Below, in pieces: positions 1-13,829 of a stretch of 64,000 nucleotides of DNA. How positions within the stretch are numbered: the first letter of the stretch is position 1; each line of letters begins with the position of its first letter. Origin of the DNA: the human T2T-CHM13v2.0 reference genome, Homo sapiens; assembly GCF_009914755.1 (NCBI RefSeq), contig NC_060937.1, one strand, 5' to 3'. Made by a program: the position numbers and the translations under genes. A model generated the notes under the pieces. That model made no database searches. It was not told where the DNA came from and saw only the letters and a list, made by a program, of their open reading frames with translations.

Positions 1-83
1 GAAGGGTATATAGGAACTCTGTATTTTCCACTTAATTTTTCTGTAAACTTGAAACTGTTCTAAAAAATAAAGTCTATTCAAAA
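1..83 (+). mobile_element. 3' terminus of old L1M (L1MC/MD-like) LINE
   Basis: Typical old-L1 3' end text (GAAGGGTATATAGGAACTCTGTATTTTC...CTAAAAAATAAAGTCTATT); runs off the window start. Confidence 0.6.
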
Positions 84-978
84 ATCTACATGATTCAAGG
101 CCAGGCTGGCAAACATTTTATCTCTATTTATAAGCAAGATAGACTTAGTATAGTGTGATTATTCAGAATTAGAAAACATACATATATATTTGTTTATCTC
201 TCCCAGGAAAATACAAAAAAGTATCAAAACTGTAAGAATTAAATGACTACTTCTTAAGAAACCCAAACCATAAAGATTTAGAATATTCTTACAAAAGTAT
301 AGTTTCAGTTGTCTTGAAGACATTGTATTTATGTTCTTCTGTTTAACTCAGTATTTACTAATCCAGTTTAAATAAGGAGAATTTGATTTATTAAATATGT
401 CCTAACCACAAAGAGAAAATTTTCTGGACAATTAATTTTGAAATTAGCCTTTTTCTCATGCTTATTTTATCCATAATTTAGCTTTTGAGAACAGAGGATG
501 ATTGTCAGAACATTTCAGTAATCAGTATTTATCAATCCTTTATTAGAACTCTGGTCCTAAAATATAACAGTTATAGAAGAAAATCTGTGTAGACAATCAC
601 CCAAGACTTTTCCCACCATACATACATTCCCAGATCTAAATATAGTAGATCTATAAAATTCTAAATAAAAATGTTCAAAGAATTTCAAATCAATATTTTT
701 TTTTAGGGTGGAATGAGTTCCCAGTGGGCCCAAGATCAACTCTATAATTTGTCTTGGTAGTTAATTATCATAATAGACTAACTATATTACATTCTATATA
801 AAAATAAGACTTGTGCAGCAACATTCATTTGAATTTGTTAGTCCTCAGTAGGATTTTATTTCTGTTGCATTGTAAAACTGGTGTTTCAATTTGTGTACTC
901 TTCATCCTATTTACGTAGACTGTACATACTTAATGTTAAGCTATGAATATTGTAAATATTATAAATACCAGGTAACTT

Positions 979-1136
979 ATTTATGTTCCAGAACAACTCG
1001 GGAGGAATTATTATTTTTTGTGTCAAAGTACTTCAAGGCAAAGGTGATAACAAATATCGAAAATAAATGATTTGATGAAGAGCTATGTTTCATTACAACA
1101 GTGCTTGACATGTATATATTAACAGGTATTTGTAGA
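979..1136 (+). repeat. Inverted repeat A, left arm (158 bp; partner 1880-2037)
   Basis: Manual alignment to the reverse complement of 1880-2037: ungapped, about 10 mismatches. Confidence 0.95.
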
Positions 1137-1194
1137 ATGAAAGACTGGGTGAATATATACTCCTAAACTTAACAAAACAATAAAGGAAGGTTAC

Positions 1195-1670
1195 TACATT
1201 TATTGAACATCTACTATGTACTAGGCAGTCTGCACATTATCATGAAACAGCACAGCAAACTACCATTATATAAACAATTAAAGATGAAAATGGTGGCTCA
1301 TGCCTGTAATCCCAGTACTTTGGGAGGCCGAGGCGAGCAGATCACGAGATCAGGAGATTGGGACCATCCTGGCTAACACAGTGAAACCCCGTCTCTACTA
1401 AAAATACAAAAAAAATTAGCTGGGCGTGGTGGTGGGTGCCTGTAGTCCCAGCTACTCAGGAGGCTGAGGCAGGAGAATGGCGTGAACCCAGCAGGCGGAG
1501 CTTGCAGTGAGCCGAGATCACGTCACTGCACTCCAGCCTGGGCAACAGAGTGAGACTCCATCTCAAAAAAAAAAGAAAAAAAAGATGAAAAAGGCTAAGT
1601 AACTTGCCCAAGTTTACACAGCTGTTAAGTGGCAGAGTTAGAATGCAAACTGGGAATGTTTCTGACCCCT
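1195..1670 (-). mobile_element. MIR SINE split by AluY
   Basis: ACATTTATTGAACATCTACTATGT... before the Alu and AAGTAACTTGCCCAAG...AAGTGGCAGAG after it match the MIR reverse complement. Confidence 0.7.
1291..1580 (+). mobile_element. AluY, slightly 5'-truncated
   Basis: Y diagnostics (CATCCTGGCTAACA, GAATGGCGTGAACC, GGAGCTTGCAG), poly(A), TSD AAAGATGAAAA at 1280-1290 and 1581-1591. Confidence 0.95.
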
Positions 1671-1879
1671 GTTCTTACTTTTACTCATTCTATGTTGCCT
1701 AATAGAGATGAGTAGTTGGAATCATATGGTCTGTAGATCTGAAAATTTGAAATCATAACATCCTCAAACTTGGGTAAAAAACCCTCTCTTCTCCAAGTTT
1801 TGGGATGTACTCTGTGCCCAACAGAAGAAGGTAGAATTAAGAGCATGCTAACAGTCCTTAAAATACTGCAGTGAGTATA

Positions 1880-2037
1880 TCTACGAATACCTGTTAATAT
1901 GTACATGCCAAGCACAGCTGTAATCAAACATAGCTCTTCATCACATCATTTATTTTTGATATTTGTTATCACCTTTGCCTTGGAGTACTTTGACACAAAA
2001 AATAATAATTCCTCCTGAGTTGTTCTGGAACATAAAT
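1880..2037 (-). repeat. Inverted repeat A, right arm
   Basis: Reverse complement of 979-1136. Confidence 0.95.
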
Positions 2038-3149
2038 CATATTTTGACTTTTCTTTGGTACAACACAGCAGATAAGGTATAATGTCCAGAGGACCCCAAG
2101 ATGGGTCATCAACCTAACCACTTTTTCACAAAATTTTCAACTAAGCTATGGGAAATATTTTTATTTTCAAAGAGAGCTTTGTTAACATGCATCTATTTCT
2201 CATTGACATAAAACAGAGGTGAGATTTTGACAAAAACTGGAATCACATTTCTCATATTGCTTGCCCAATTTCGGCTTCCACCAATTCATCAAATTTCTCC
2301 TGAAAGTCAAGACAGTAGGGATGAGCATAGGCACTTTTCTCCACCTCATCTCCTCCAATCCACTGTCCCAATCCCAAAGGTTCTCTGTGAACTGCATGTT
2401 TGGAAGGCTGTTCAAAACTAATTTTATTGACCTAATGACACTAGGAAAATTGTTGCAGTTGCTGTGAGTTTTCTTTTGCTACTTAGAACTGACATGAGCT
2501 GTAGAAGTCAGTAGACTTACTTTACAGACACTGTCAATGTTAGTCACCTTTACTAATTCAAAAACTCAGTGATAGTCACAGGTTTATCATAATCCAAACA
2601 TGGAACATAGAAACAAACCCTATTAGTGGTGTGAACCTTTCAACCCTGATTAACTCATCTGCCTAAGACTTGAAATTTTATGCCAAGCAAGGATGATTAT
2701 CCTACCGAAGGAAGTCTGACTGACATACTCATTTAGGACCAAAATATGCCTATCATTTCCCACTTCTTCAGCCCCTGGGGACTTCAGCATCTTCCCAGTC
2801 TTTGCAAAACTCCGTCTTAGACCTTTTTTTTGGTGGCTCCTATATTTTAGTCTACACTTTCCCTGCCTTTTGACTAACAGGGTTTTTTCTGTCCTTCTAG
2901 TCTGGCCTCAGTCAGCTGCTGGCAGTCTTAAGTTATTACCTTGGTCCACTTCCTTATTTCCATTCTTGATATTTAGGGTAAGGCACAGTTAGTCCCAAAA
3001 GACACAAAACATCAGCTGATGCATGAATTCTCCTGTTCAGGAACCATTGCAGTGAACTGTAGCAACTCATAGCTCCAAACCACATGCCACTGTACCCAAA
3101 CAGAAAGAATCTATCCGCAGTCCATGACCAATACTAATCATCATAACAA

Positions 3150-3192
3150 TTTTTTTTTTGAGATGGAATCTCGCTCAGCACCATGCCTGGCC
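3150..3192 (-). mobile_element. Alu remnant: 3' tail fused directly to an Alu 5' end
   Basis: T-run + GAGATGGAATCTCGCTC (Alu 3' end, antisense) joined to CACCATGCCTGGCC (Alu 5' end, antisense). Confidence 0.75.
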
Positions 3193-3848
3193 TATAATGT
3201 TTTTTTTTTTCATTCGTCAGTAGGCATTTATTTCCATCTTTCAGTTATTACGAATAATGGTTATGAGCATAGATGTACAGATACCTGTTTGTGTCCCTGC
3301 CTTCAATTTTTTAGGGCATATGCCCAGAAATGGAATTGCTAGATCAAATCGTAATTCTATCTGTAATTTTTTGAGGAACTGCCATACTATTTTCCACAGT
3401 GATTGTACCATTTTACACTCCCACAAGCAGTGCACAAGGGTTCAATTTCTCCATATCTTTGCCAACACTTGTTATTTTATTTTGTCTTCTTTTCCTTTTT
3501 GATAGTAGCCCTCTGTATTAGTTCATTCTCACATTGCTATAAAGAAATACCTGAGATTGGATAATTTATAAATTATGAAGAAAAGAGGTTTAATTGGCTC
3601 ATGGGGTTCTGCAGACTACAGGAAGCCTGATGCTGGAATCTACTTGGCTTCTGGGGAGGCCTCAGGAAATTTACAATCATGGCGGAAGGCAAAGGAGGTG
3701 CCATGGCCAGAGCAGGAGCAAGAAAGAGAGAGGGTACCACACACTTTTAAACAGCTGAATCTCATGATAATTCACTCCCTATCATGAGGACAGCATCAAG
3801 GGGATGGTGGTAAACCATTCATGAGAAATCCACTCCCATGATCCAATC
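3179..3848 (-). repeat. Inverted repeat B, left arm (about 670 bp; partner 4101-4769)
   Basis: Reverse complement of 4101-4769; the ORF track shows near-identical peptides at 3575-3787(+) and 4162-4374(-). Confidence 0.97.
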
Positions 3849-3980
3849 ACCTCCCATCAGGCCCCACCTCTAACACTGAGGATTTCATTTCCACATGAGA
3901 TTTGGGGGTAAAGTGATATCTCATTGTGGTTTTGATTTGCATTTCCCTGTTGGTTACAAATGTCGAGCATGTCTTTCTTT
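3193..3980 (-). mobile_element. L1MB-like ORF2 3' fragment interrupted by MSTA
   Basis: ORF 3241-3435(-) gives [31 protein letters not shown] (ORF2 C-terminus); L1 resumes at 3909-3980 (GATATCTCATTGTGGTTTTGATTTGCATTTCC). Confidence 0.85.
3514..3908 (-). mobile_element. MSTA-like MaLR LTR
   Basis: TGTATTAGTTCATTCTCACATTGCTATAAAGAAATACCTGAG...GGAGGCCTCAGGAAA...ATGATCCAATCACCTCCC. Confidence 0.9.
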
Positions 3981-4100
3981 ATTTGATTTTAAATGCTGAA
4001 TTTGAGCAATAGGAATTGTATCAAATTAGCAAAATGGGCACCGTTCACAAGTACCTTAAGACTGTCCCTGTTCCTCATATCCCTTGGCATCAACATTTGC

Positions 4101-4769
4101 GATTGGATCATGGGAGCGGATTTCTCATGAATGGTTTACCACCATCCCCTTGGTGCTGTCCTCATGATAGGGAGTGAATTATCATGAGATTCAGCTGTTT
4201 AAAAGTGTGTGGTACCCTCTCTCTTTCTTGCTCCTGCTCTGGCCATGGCACCTCCTTTGCCTTCCACCATGATTGTAAGTTTCCTGAGGCCTCCCCAGAA
4301 GCCAAGCAGATGCCAGCATCAGGCTTCCTGTACAGCCTGCAGAACCATGAGCCAATTAAACCTCTTTTCTTCATAATTTATAAATTATCCAGTCTCAGGT
4401 ATTTCTTTATAGCAATGTGAGAATGAACTAATACAGAGGGCTACTATCAAAAAGGAAAAGAAGACAAAATAACAAGTGTCGGCAAAGATATGGAGAAAAT
4501 GAACCCTTGCGCACTGCTTGTGGGAGTGTAAAATGGTACAATCACTATGGAAAATAGTATGGCAGTTCCTCAAAAAATTACAGATAGAATTATGATTTGA
4601 TCTAGCAATTCCACTTCAGGGCATATGCCCTAAAAAACTGAAGGCAGGGACACAAACAGGTATCTGTACATCTATGCTCATAACATCATTATTCATAATA
4701 ACTGAAAGATGGAAATAAATGTCTATTGACAAATGAATGAAAAAAAAGTATTATAGGCCAGGTATTGTG
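4101..4769 (+). repeat. Inverted repeat B, right arm (partial MSTA 4101-4435 + L1 4436-4755 + Alu 5' end)
   Basis: Reverse complement of 3179-3848, sharing the same MSTA/L1 and L1/Alu junctions. Confidence 0.97.
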
Positions 4770-5470
4770 GCTCAGATCTGTAATTTCAGCACTTTAGGAG
4801 GCCAAGACAGGTGGATTGCTTGAGCTCAGGAGTTCAAGACTAGCCTGGGCAACATGATGAAACCCAGACTCTAGAAAAAGTACAAAAATTAGCAAGGTGT
4901 GGTGGTACATGCCTGTAGTCCCGGCTACTTGGCACACTGAGGTGGGAGGATCACTTGAGCCAAGGAGGCAGAGGTTACTGTGTGTTGAGATTGCACCACT
5001 GTGCTCTGGCCTGGGTGACAAAGCCAGACTCTGTCTCAAAGATAAAAATAATGTAGTATACATATATACATACAATGGAATATTATTTAGCCTTAAAAAG
5101 GAGAGAAATTCAAATTCTGACACATCCTACATCATGGATGAACTTTGAAGATATTATGCTAAGTTACATAGCCAGATATAAAAGGAAAATATTGTATGAT
5201 TTCACTCATATGAATTACTTAGAGTAGGCAACTTTGTGTACAGAGAGAGGAGCATGGCAGTTTCCAGGAACTGGGGGCAGAGGGAATGGAAAGTTACTGT
5301 TTGATGGGGATGAAGTTTTAGTATGGGCAGATGAAATTCTGGAAACCGGTGATGGTAGTGGATGCACAACACTGTGAATGTATTTAATGCCACTTAAGAA
5401 TGATTAAAAAGGTAAATTTTATGATATATATGTTTTACTGCAATAAGAATATAATAAAAATTTAAAAATC
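4436..5470 (+). mobile_element. L1MB-like 3' portion interrupted by AluJ
   Basis: CATACAATGGAATATTATTTAGCCTTAAAAAGG...ATGGATGAACTTTGAAGATATTATGCTAAG...AAAGGTAAATTTTATG. Confidence 0.85.
4756..5050 (+). mobile_element. AluJ-type
   Basis: Full dimer with J diagnostics (ATTGCTTGAGCTCAGG, CCTGGGCAACAT, GGAGGATCACTTGAGCC). Confidence 0.9.
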
Positions 5471-6275
5471 AAATAAAAATACAACTGGAAATGACCAAAA
5501 AGATTCACATATCAATGCTCCTTGATTTTTGTGTATGCAGAAGCTGAGGCCACAAGAGATTAAACTTCTGAGTTAAGAAAACACATCTAGTTAGTATGGC
5601 AGAGCTAAAACAAGAACCTCATGATCCTGAGACTCCAAAACCAGGATATTTCCATTATCCCAGGGTTATCGCCCTTTCCTGCTAAGTTGCTTATTTCACT
5701 TAGCCACTTTGATTTCTGGCCTTCTCACAAAGCTCTGGTGTGTCCCCAGGCATGACTCTACATAACTATGGTCTCTTTTTGGTGATGGTTGACATTCTTG
5801 ATACATGGCCCTTTCTAGAAGAAGGGGAGGATTGCTAATCTTCAACAAAAATACTAGTGGATTTCCAATTCTCAATACTATTACTTATGGCTGGATAATA
5901 TTCTGAGACAGGCTAGCATAGTTTGACATCTGGTAAGGTGTCTTAACCAGCATGCCAACTTAGTGAAAGAGCCGGGTGTTAAATAAGCACAAGGACCAGT
6001 GATCTGATCTTTTCCTGTCTTGTTAATTTCTTTTTAAACTATATGACCAAAGTCTTGCAACACACTGTGATGAGGGGTGATCACAGCAAGCTATGACCCT
6101 GATAGGTGAATCCTAGCACCTTCATTAATCCCTGTGAAACTCCCCTGCCCCATCCTAACTTGGGTGAACCTATTCTGACATTGGTTCTCATGGGAGACTC
6201 CTGCCAATCATACAAAATAGTGGTATGTGACAGCAGTCATATTCAGGAGTACCCCTGTTCAATTTTCTCCTAGTT

Positions 6276-6582
<307 letters not shown>

Positions 6583-6930
6583 TTAGTTTCAGGCATTTCC
6601 CTTGTAGCTAAAATCTTGCAACATTGGAGTCTTCATCTGACTATGGCCCATCAGTAGTGGAATTATGTAAAGCCCCACATCTAGGAGCCAGACATTAAGG
6701 AGCTTCCTTTACTCTATCTCTACTCCTAAGATCAGTTCTGCAAGCTTAATCTCATTTTGAAGATTGAGAAACAGAGACTCAGATTTAATAAGTTTCATCA
6801 AATTCCTTATAAACAATCAATATACCCTTGAGTTCTAGCCTCTCACACATTCTAATCATGGCTGGCCCGTAATCATTCCTTCAGCATTCCTAACTCCAGA
6901 TGGTCATTCACACCTTTTCCTTGTCCAGAC

Positions 6931-7060
6931 CAGTGCTTCTCAAGCTTTAATGTGCATGGGAATCACCTGAATATCTTGATAATATGCAGGTTTTGATTCA
7001 TTAGGTCTGAGATGGAGCATAAGATTCTGCATTTCTAACATTTTTCCAGCCAATGCGTCT
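6931..7060. mobile_element. MER5-type hAT-Charlie fragment
   Basis: CAGTGCTTCTCAA...GAATCACCTG...GATTCATTAGGTCTG...TCTGCATTTCTAACA. Confidence 0.75.
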
Positions 7061-7077
7061 GAATCCAGATAATAAAT

Positions 7078-7385
7078 TGTGCTTCCCAACAAGGTAGTCT
7101 TCAGCCACAAATTGTGATTACACACTTGAAATGTACTAGTTTGAACTGAGATGTGCTTTCAGTGTAAATGACACACCAGATTTTGAAGACATAGTCTAAA
7201 AAGAAGTGTATAAAAATCTCACAATTTTTATATTGATCACATGTTGAAATAATATTTTGAATATATTGGGTTAAATAAAAAGTATAATTAAAATCAACGT
7301 CTCCTTTTTTACCTTTTTAAATTGAAGATTAGAAAATTTAAATTGACAAATATGTTTCATATTATATTTCTATTGGACAGTCTGC
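7078..7385 (-). mobile_element. MER33 hAT-Charlie transposon
   Basis: CACTTGAAATGT...GAGATGTGCT...TTGGGTTAAATAAAA...TATATTTCTATTGGACAG matches the MER33 reverse complement. Confidence 0.8.
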
Positions 7386-8129
7386 TTTAGAGAATTCTCC
7401 TAAATCTTCTCTACCCATTTATCATTTAGCACATACTGCTTTGTAGTGATAAAAGTCACATATGCACATCTTGCTGGCTATGCAGTGAGCTCTTGAAATT
7501 CCAGGCTTGTATCTCATTCCTCATTGTGTAAGACTATATCTTATTCCTTCTTGTATCTACAGCCCCCAAAAAAGTACCTACCTTCTAATAGATTCTCAAT
7601 GATCACCACTGAATAAAATTTGAACCCTTTTGAAATTTTGCAGTGCTTAGCACAATGCATTTCTAATAGAAGGTCTTAGATTAAGGTATGGGTCAGTTCC
7701 AGCCAACTTCAGTGCTTTACTTACAGTGTTTATGGATTGCCTGACCTGCTGTACTCTCTACTAAGGGAATTCTCAATAACTATAATATAAACCTAATCAA
7801 AACATAATTAGAAGGCAAACTACTGTAAAAAAGCCATCATCTAATGCATTCCTAAAAGAGATTTGGGGATTATATCTGCACCACTGGTTTTCTCCTTCAG
7901 GATAATTAAAAGTTGATTGAAAGAGAATTGCTTAAAAATAAAGAAGGTGACTGTTTCTTTTTCAGTACCATTGTCATGATTGAAATGTGGATCTTGAGAA
8001 GGCACTTGGCTAGAAGTAAGGGGCACATCGCAAATGTTATGTCCAACAGGATTTAAGAAACATTTACTCATCTTCAATTAGAGGTTCAAAGGTCACTTCC
8101 TCTTAGAGTTAAATGTACTTCCTGGCACA

Positions 8130-8320
8130 TCTTCATTCATTCCTTATTCACTCATTCATTCACTCACTCACTTGCTTACTACTTATTCGCCCCCTCACTT
8201 AACTCACAGGCTCATTCTTTCAACAAGCAATTTTCTGGGCACCTACAATAAACCAAGTGCTGGTGATTTCAGCACTCATAAGCTAGTCTAGTGTAAGAGA
8301 CAGACACATATAATTTCTTA
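8130..8320 (-). mobile_element. L2 3' end with (TCAT/TCAC)n tail
   Basis: TTCATTCATT...CAACAAGCAATTTTCTGGGCACCTAC...TAGTCTAGTG. Confidence 0.55.
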
Positions 8321-8426
8321 AGTAAAAGGGAGTTTTCAGACCATCCTCTTTGCTTACTATTCTCTAAACTAAATCTGGTAGTTTGCTCTACTTTTCTGAC
8401 CAATCATTTACACATTAGTATCATCA

Positions 8427-9435
<1,009 letters not shown>

Positions 9436-9436
<1 letters not shown>

Positions 9437-10212
9437 AAAAAATGCTCATCATTAGTGGCTCTCAGAGAAATGCAAATCAAAACCACAATGAGATACCATC
9501 TCACACCAGTTAGAATGGCGATCATTAAAAAGTCAGGAAACAACAGGTGCTGGAGAGGATGTGGAGAAATAGGAACACTTTTACACTGTTGGTGGGACTG
9601 TAAACTAGTTCAACCATTGCGGAAGACAGTGTGGCGATTCCTCAAGGACCTAGAACTAGAAATATCATTTGACCCAGCCATCCCATTACTGGGTATATAC
9701 CCCAAGGATTATAAATCATGCTCTCCTAAAGACACATGCACACATATGTTTATTGCGGCACTAGTCACAATAGCAAAGACTTGGAACCAACCCAAATGTC
9801 CATCAATGATAGACTGGATTAAGAAAATGTGGCACATATACACCATGGAATGCTATGCAGCCATAAAAAAGGATGAGTTCATGTCCTTTGTAGGGACATG
9901 GATGAAGCTGGAAACCATCATTCTCAGCAAACTATCGCAAGGACAAAAAACCAAACACCGCATGTTCTCACCCATAGGTGAGAATTGAACAATGAGAACA
10001 CTTGGGCACAGGAAGGGGAACATCACACACTGGGGCCTGTCATGGGGTGGGGGGAGGGGGGAGGGGGGAGGGATAGCATTAGGAGATATACCTAATGTAA
10101 ATGACCAGTTAATGGGTGCAGCACAGCAATATGGCACATGTATACATATGTAACACACCTGCACGTTGTGCACATGTACCCTAGAACTTAAAGTATAATT
10201 AAACAAAAAAAT
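9436..10212 (+). mobile_element. L1PA (about PA4-PA6) sense 3' segment: ORF2 C-terminus, 3'UTR, A tail
   Basis: ORF 9416-9988(+) contains [18 protein letters not shown]; G-rich 3'UTR tract; CATGTACCCTAGAACTTAAAGTATAAT end. Confidence 0.97.
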
Positions 10213-12487
10213 AATTTAAGTTTTTTTTAACATATCTAATCTTGAAGTCGCTTTGAGAATTTAAACTTATTATTTTCCAATCTGCAATTTTTAAAAGTCT
10301 CCTCGTACTTGTATAACAGAGCAATACTATGGAAAAGAGTACCTTAAAATTTAACATATGCAACTGTTATATTCTAATAACATTTGGAATTTCGCATTCA
10401 TTTCATTTTTAAGACTTGCCTGGCTCTTGCCAGTAGCATTCTCCTACATATTTTCACCTTACCCACGCAAGAGCTGCAGTTTCACTGCAAGGCGAGGGCA
10501 GATGCTCAGTCAAAATCCTTGTCTGCAACGACTCAGGCCTGTTGTTCTCATGCATCCATTTACTCTGTCTTCCAGATAGGAAGGTCCAGCTAATAGTGAT
10601 TATCTGAAGCCACGTTTATTAAAGAAAACTCTGTCTGTTGGAACTTTACCTTATTTATCATGTAAAAAAAGGATGAAATGCTAGTTTGGAAACTCATTTT
10701 CAGTAAAAAATGTGTATTTGCATGTGTTATATGCATATATCAGTGTATCTTGATGGGATCATATATCCCCTGCCATAATATAAGTTCTTGTCTTTTTCAG
10801 CATTGTACTCCCCAGATTATGCACAAGAAAGTTTTCTAAATTGAAATGGAATCTATGACCACATAAGCTAGGCATGACAGAAGGGAGAGGCATTTTATTT
10901 CTAAGTCTCATTTCATCACTATCATCACAACAAATTTAACATTCCTTATTTTCTGAGAAAAATAATCTATTTGATATCCCAGTATAATCATATCTTTGGA
11001 GAAAAGGGATTCTGCTCATTTTTCTGGAGCCACACATGGCTGTGCATTTGGGGAGTTCCCTGCAGCTAGGCTTTACACACGACAGTCATTGGTCTAGCGG
11101 TGACACTGGAACAGGACAAAATTAATTTCTTGCCCTGAGAAATATGGAAGGAAAAAAAAGAAACATAAAAATCTATTATTTGGACAGCTTTAAGCTTTGA
11201 CCTACTCAACAAAGCTAATGCAATAGTGATGTTCACTCATTAATTAAAATTCTTCTAATATGAATTTTATATTAATTATGTATTTTATATTCATATTATG
11301 CATTACCTGTTAGAGGCTTGTATGCCCGCAGCACTAATGCTAGTAATTAAAGATCTGTTGGCAACCTGCTTTTTAGCAACACGGTTTTGAATCATAGGAA
11401 GCTGAAATCTGGCATACAATTTGTCATTCATGCTGAAGTGGGTATTTTTCTTCAAAACGCAATTAGAATTAGTTCATGTCATTTTAGTTTAAAAGCAACA
11501 AAGGCAAATGGTTTGTTGCTTTACGTTGGCATTGAGTCCAGTGGATCGATTTTCAAATTCTGCCTTAAAATATAAGTTTTTGGTTTTCCATGCGTATGAA
11601 TCAAATCCCCTTTGGTATTCAAAGAATAAAAATTATCCTTTAGTTTGTATCAGTTTTCAAGTTACTATATTGTATAATATGTTTATTTGTTTTAGCCATA
11701 AAAAATAGGCCCAACAGGTTATTTCAGACCTGAGATCTGGAGGATCTGGGGTGCTAAGATGATCAGAAGGAGACAATGCATTGCTTAGGAGGTCAGCAAT
11801 GGGAGAGAATTCTAGGGCCTCATGCCCTTGCCAGGGGTCAACTGTTTACAGGAGAATGAGATACTCCAGAGATCAGATATATAGTTGTGATCCTGACCTA
11901 AGATACAGTCTTACACAATGAGGAATGAGATATAAGCCTGGAAAGTTCCCTTTTGAGGACTTTAAAAAAAGTCTTTTATTTTATAAGGAGTGCAACGAAG
12001 AGCTTAGATACTTGCTTAAGATCATAGGGCTTATTAAGAACTAACTCCTGATTCCTTCCCAGTCCAATTTTCTGACACAAGCATACACTGAGAATTTGAG
12101 TAACTTAATGAGTTGAAATAGTTTTAAATTGATGTGAAAGTTTTCAATGTAATTTAGCAAATGCTTATTGAGTACCTTCTACAGAGAGAGGGTAATGTAG
12201 GCCTAAAGCCCAAGCTCCCTCAAATAGTTCTGGACAACAGGCTGGAGTAGATTATAAAGAAGGCAGGAGGGCTGGGTTGGGGACATCAGAGCTCAACATA
12301 TCATGGGGAGAGGCTGAAGACCACTTGGATGCAGGAATGAAGGTGGGCACCTAGGAGAGGGGTGGGAAGAGCTCCAGAGATGCTCCATGGGTGCACTAGG
12401 TCAATATGCCAGGGCTGAGGATCTGATACATGTGCCTCTATGAGCCAAGGCTGACAATTATGTCAATTCAGCCAGATTATGGAGTAG

Positions 12488-12859
<372 letters not shown>

Positions 12860-12975
12860 TGAGCTTTTTCACTCATAACCTCGAGACTCTCTTTTCTGGA
12901 ATAATGGAGACCCACAGGACATTTATGCACAGATTCAGCCCCATGCCAGTCTTGCCTTAGCTAAGGAAAAATTAA

Positions 12976-13531
<556 letters not shown>

Positions 13532-13829
13532 CCAATGAATAGCACCTACTTCTAATCCTCATGGTGTTATTCTGTCTAGCCATGAAGATACCCATTACAT
13601 CTGAAACTTGCTGAAATATTATAGGCTTTGGATTCAGCCAGATCTGCCAACTAAATGCCATCAGAGGTCTTGTTCAGAGGACCAGCTCTGCCAAGCTTTT
13701 TCTGCCATAATGAATCATCTCATATCTGGTTGCATCACAGGATCTCACAAAAGATTTAGGAGGATGATCTACTAAAACCATGAACTTTGAAGTTTGTTAG
13801 ACCTTATTAAAATATTTGGGTTACTTTTT

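Noticed and set aside
3575-4374. Two near-identical 70-aa ORFs suggesting a convergent gene pair
   Set aside because: Both are MSTA LTR sequence duplicated by inverted repeat B.
7886-8020. Two plus-strand micro-exon-like AG...GT intervals
   Set aside because: Splice-like motifs are common; no recognisable peptide or supporting neighbours.
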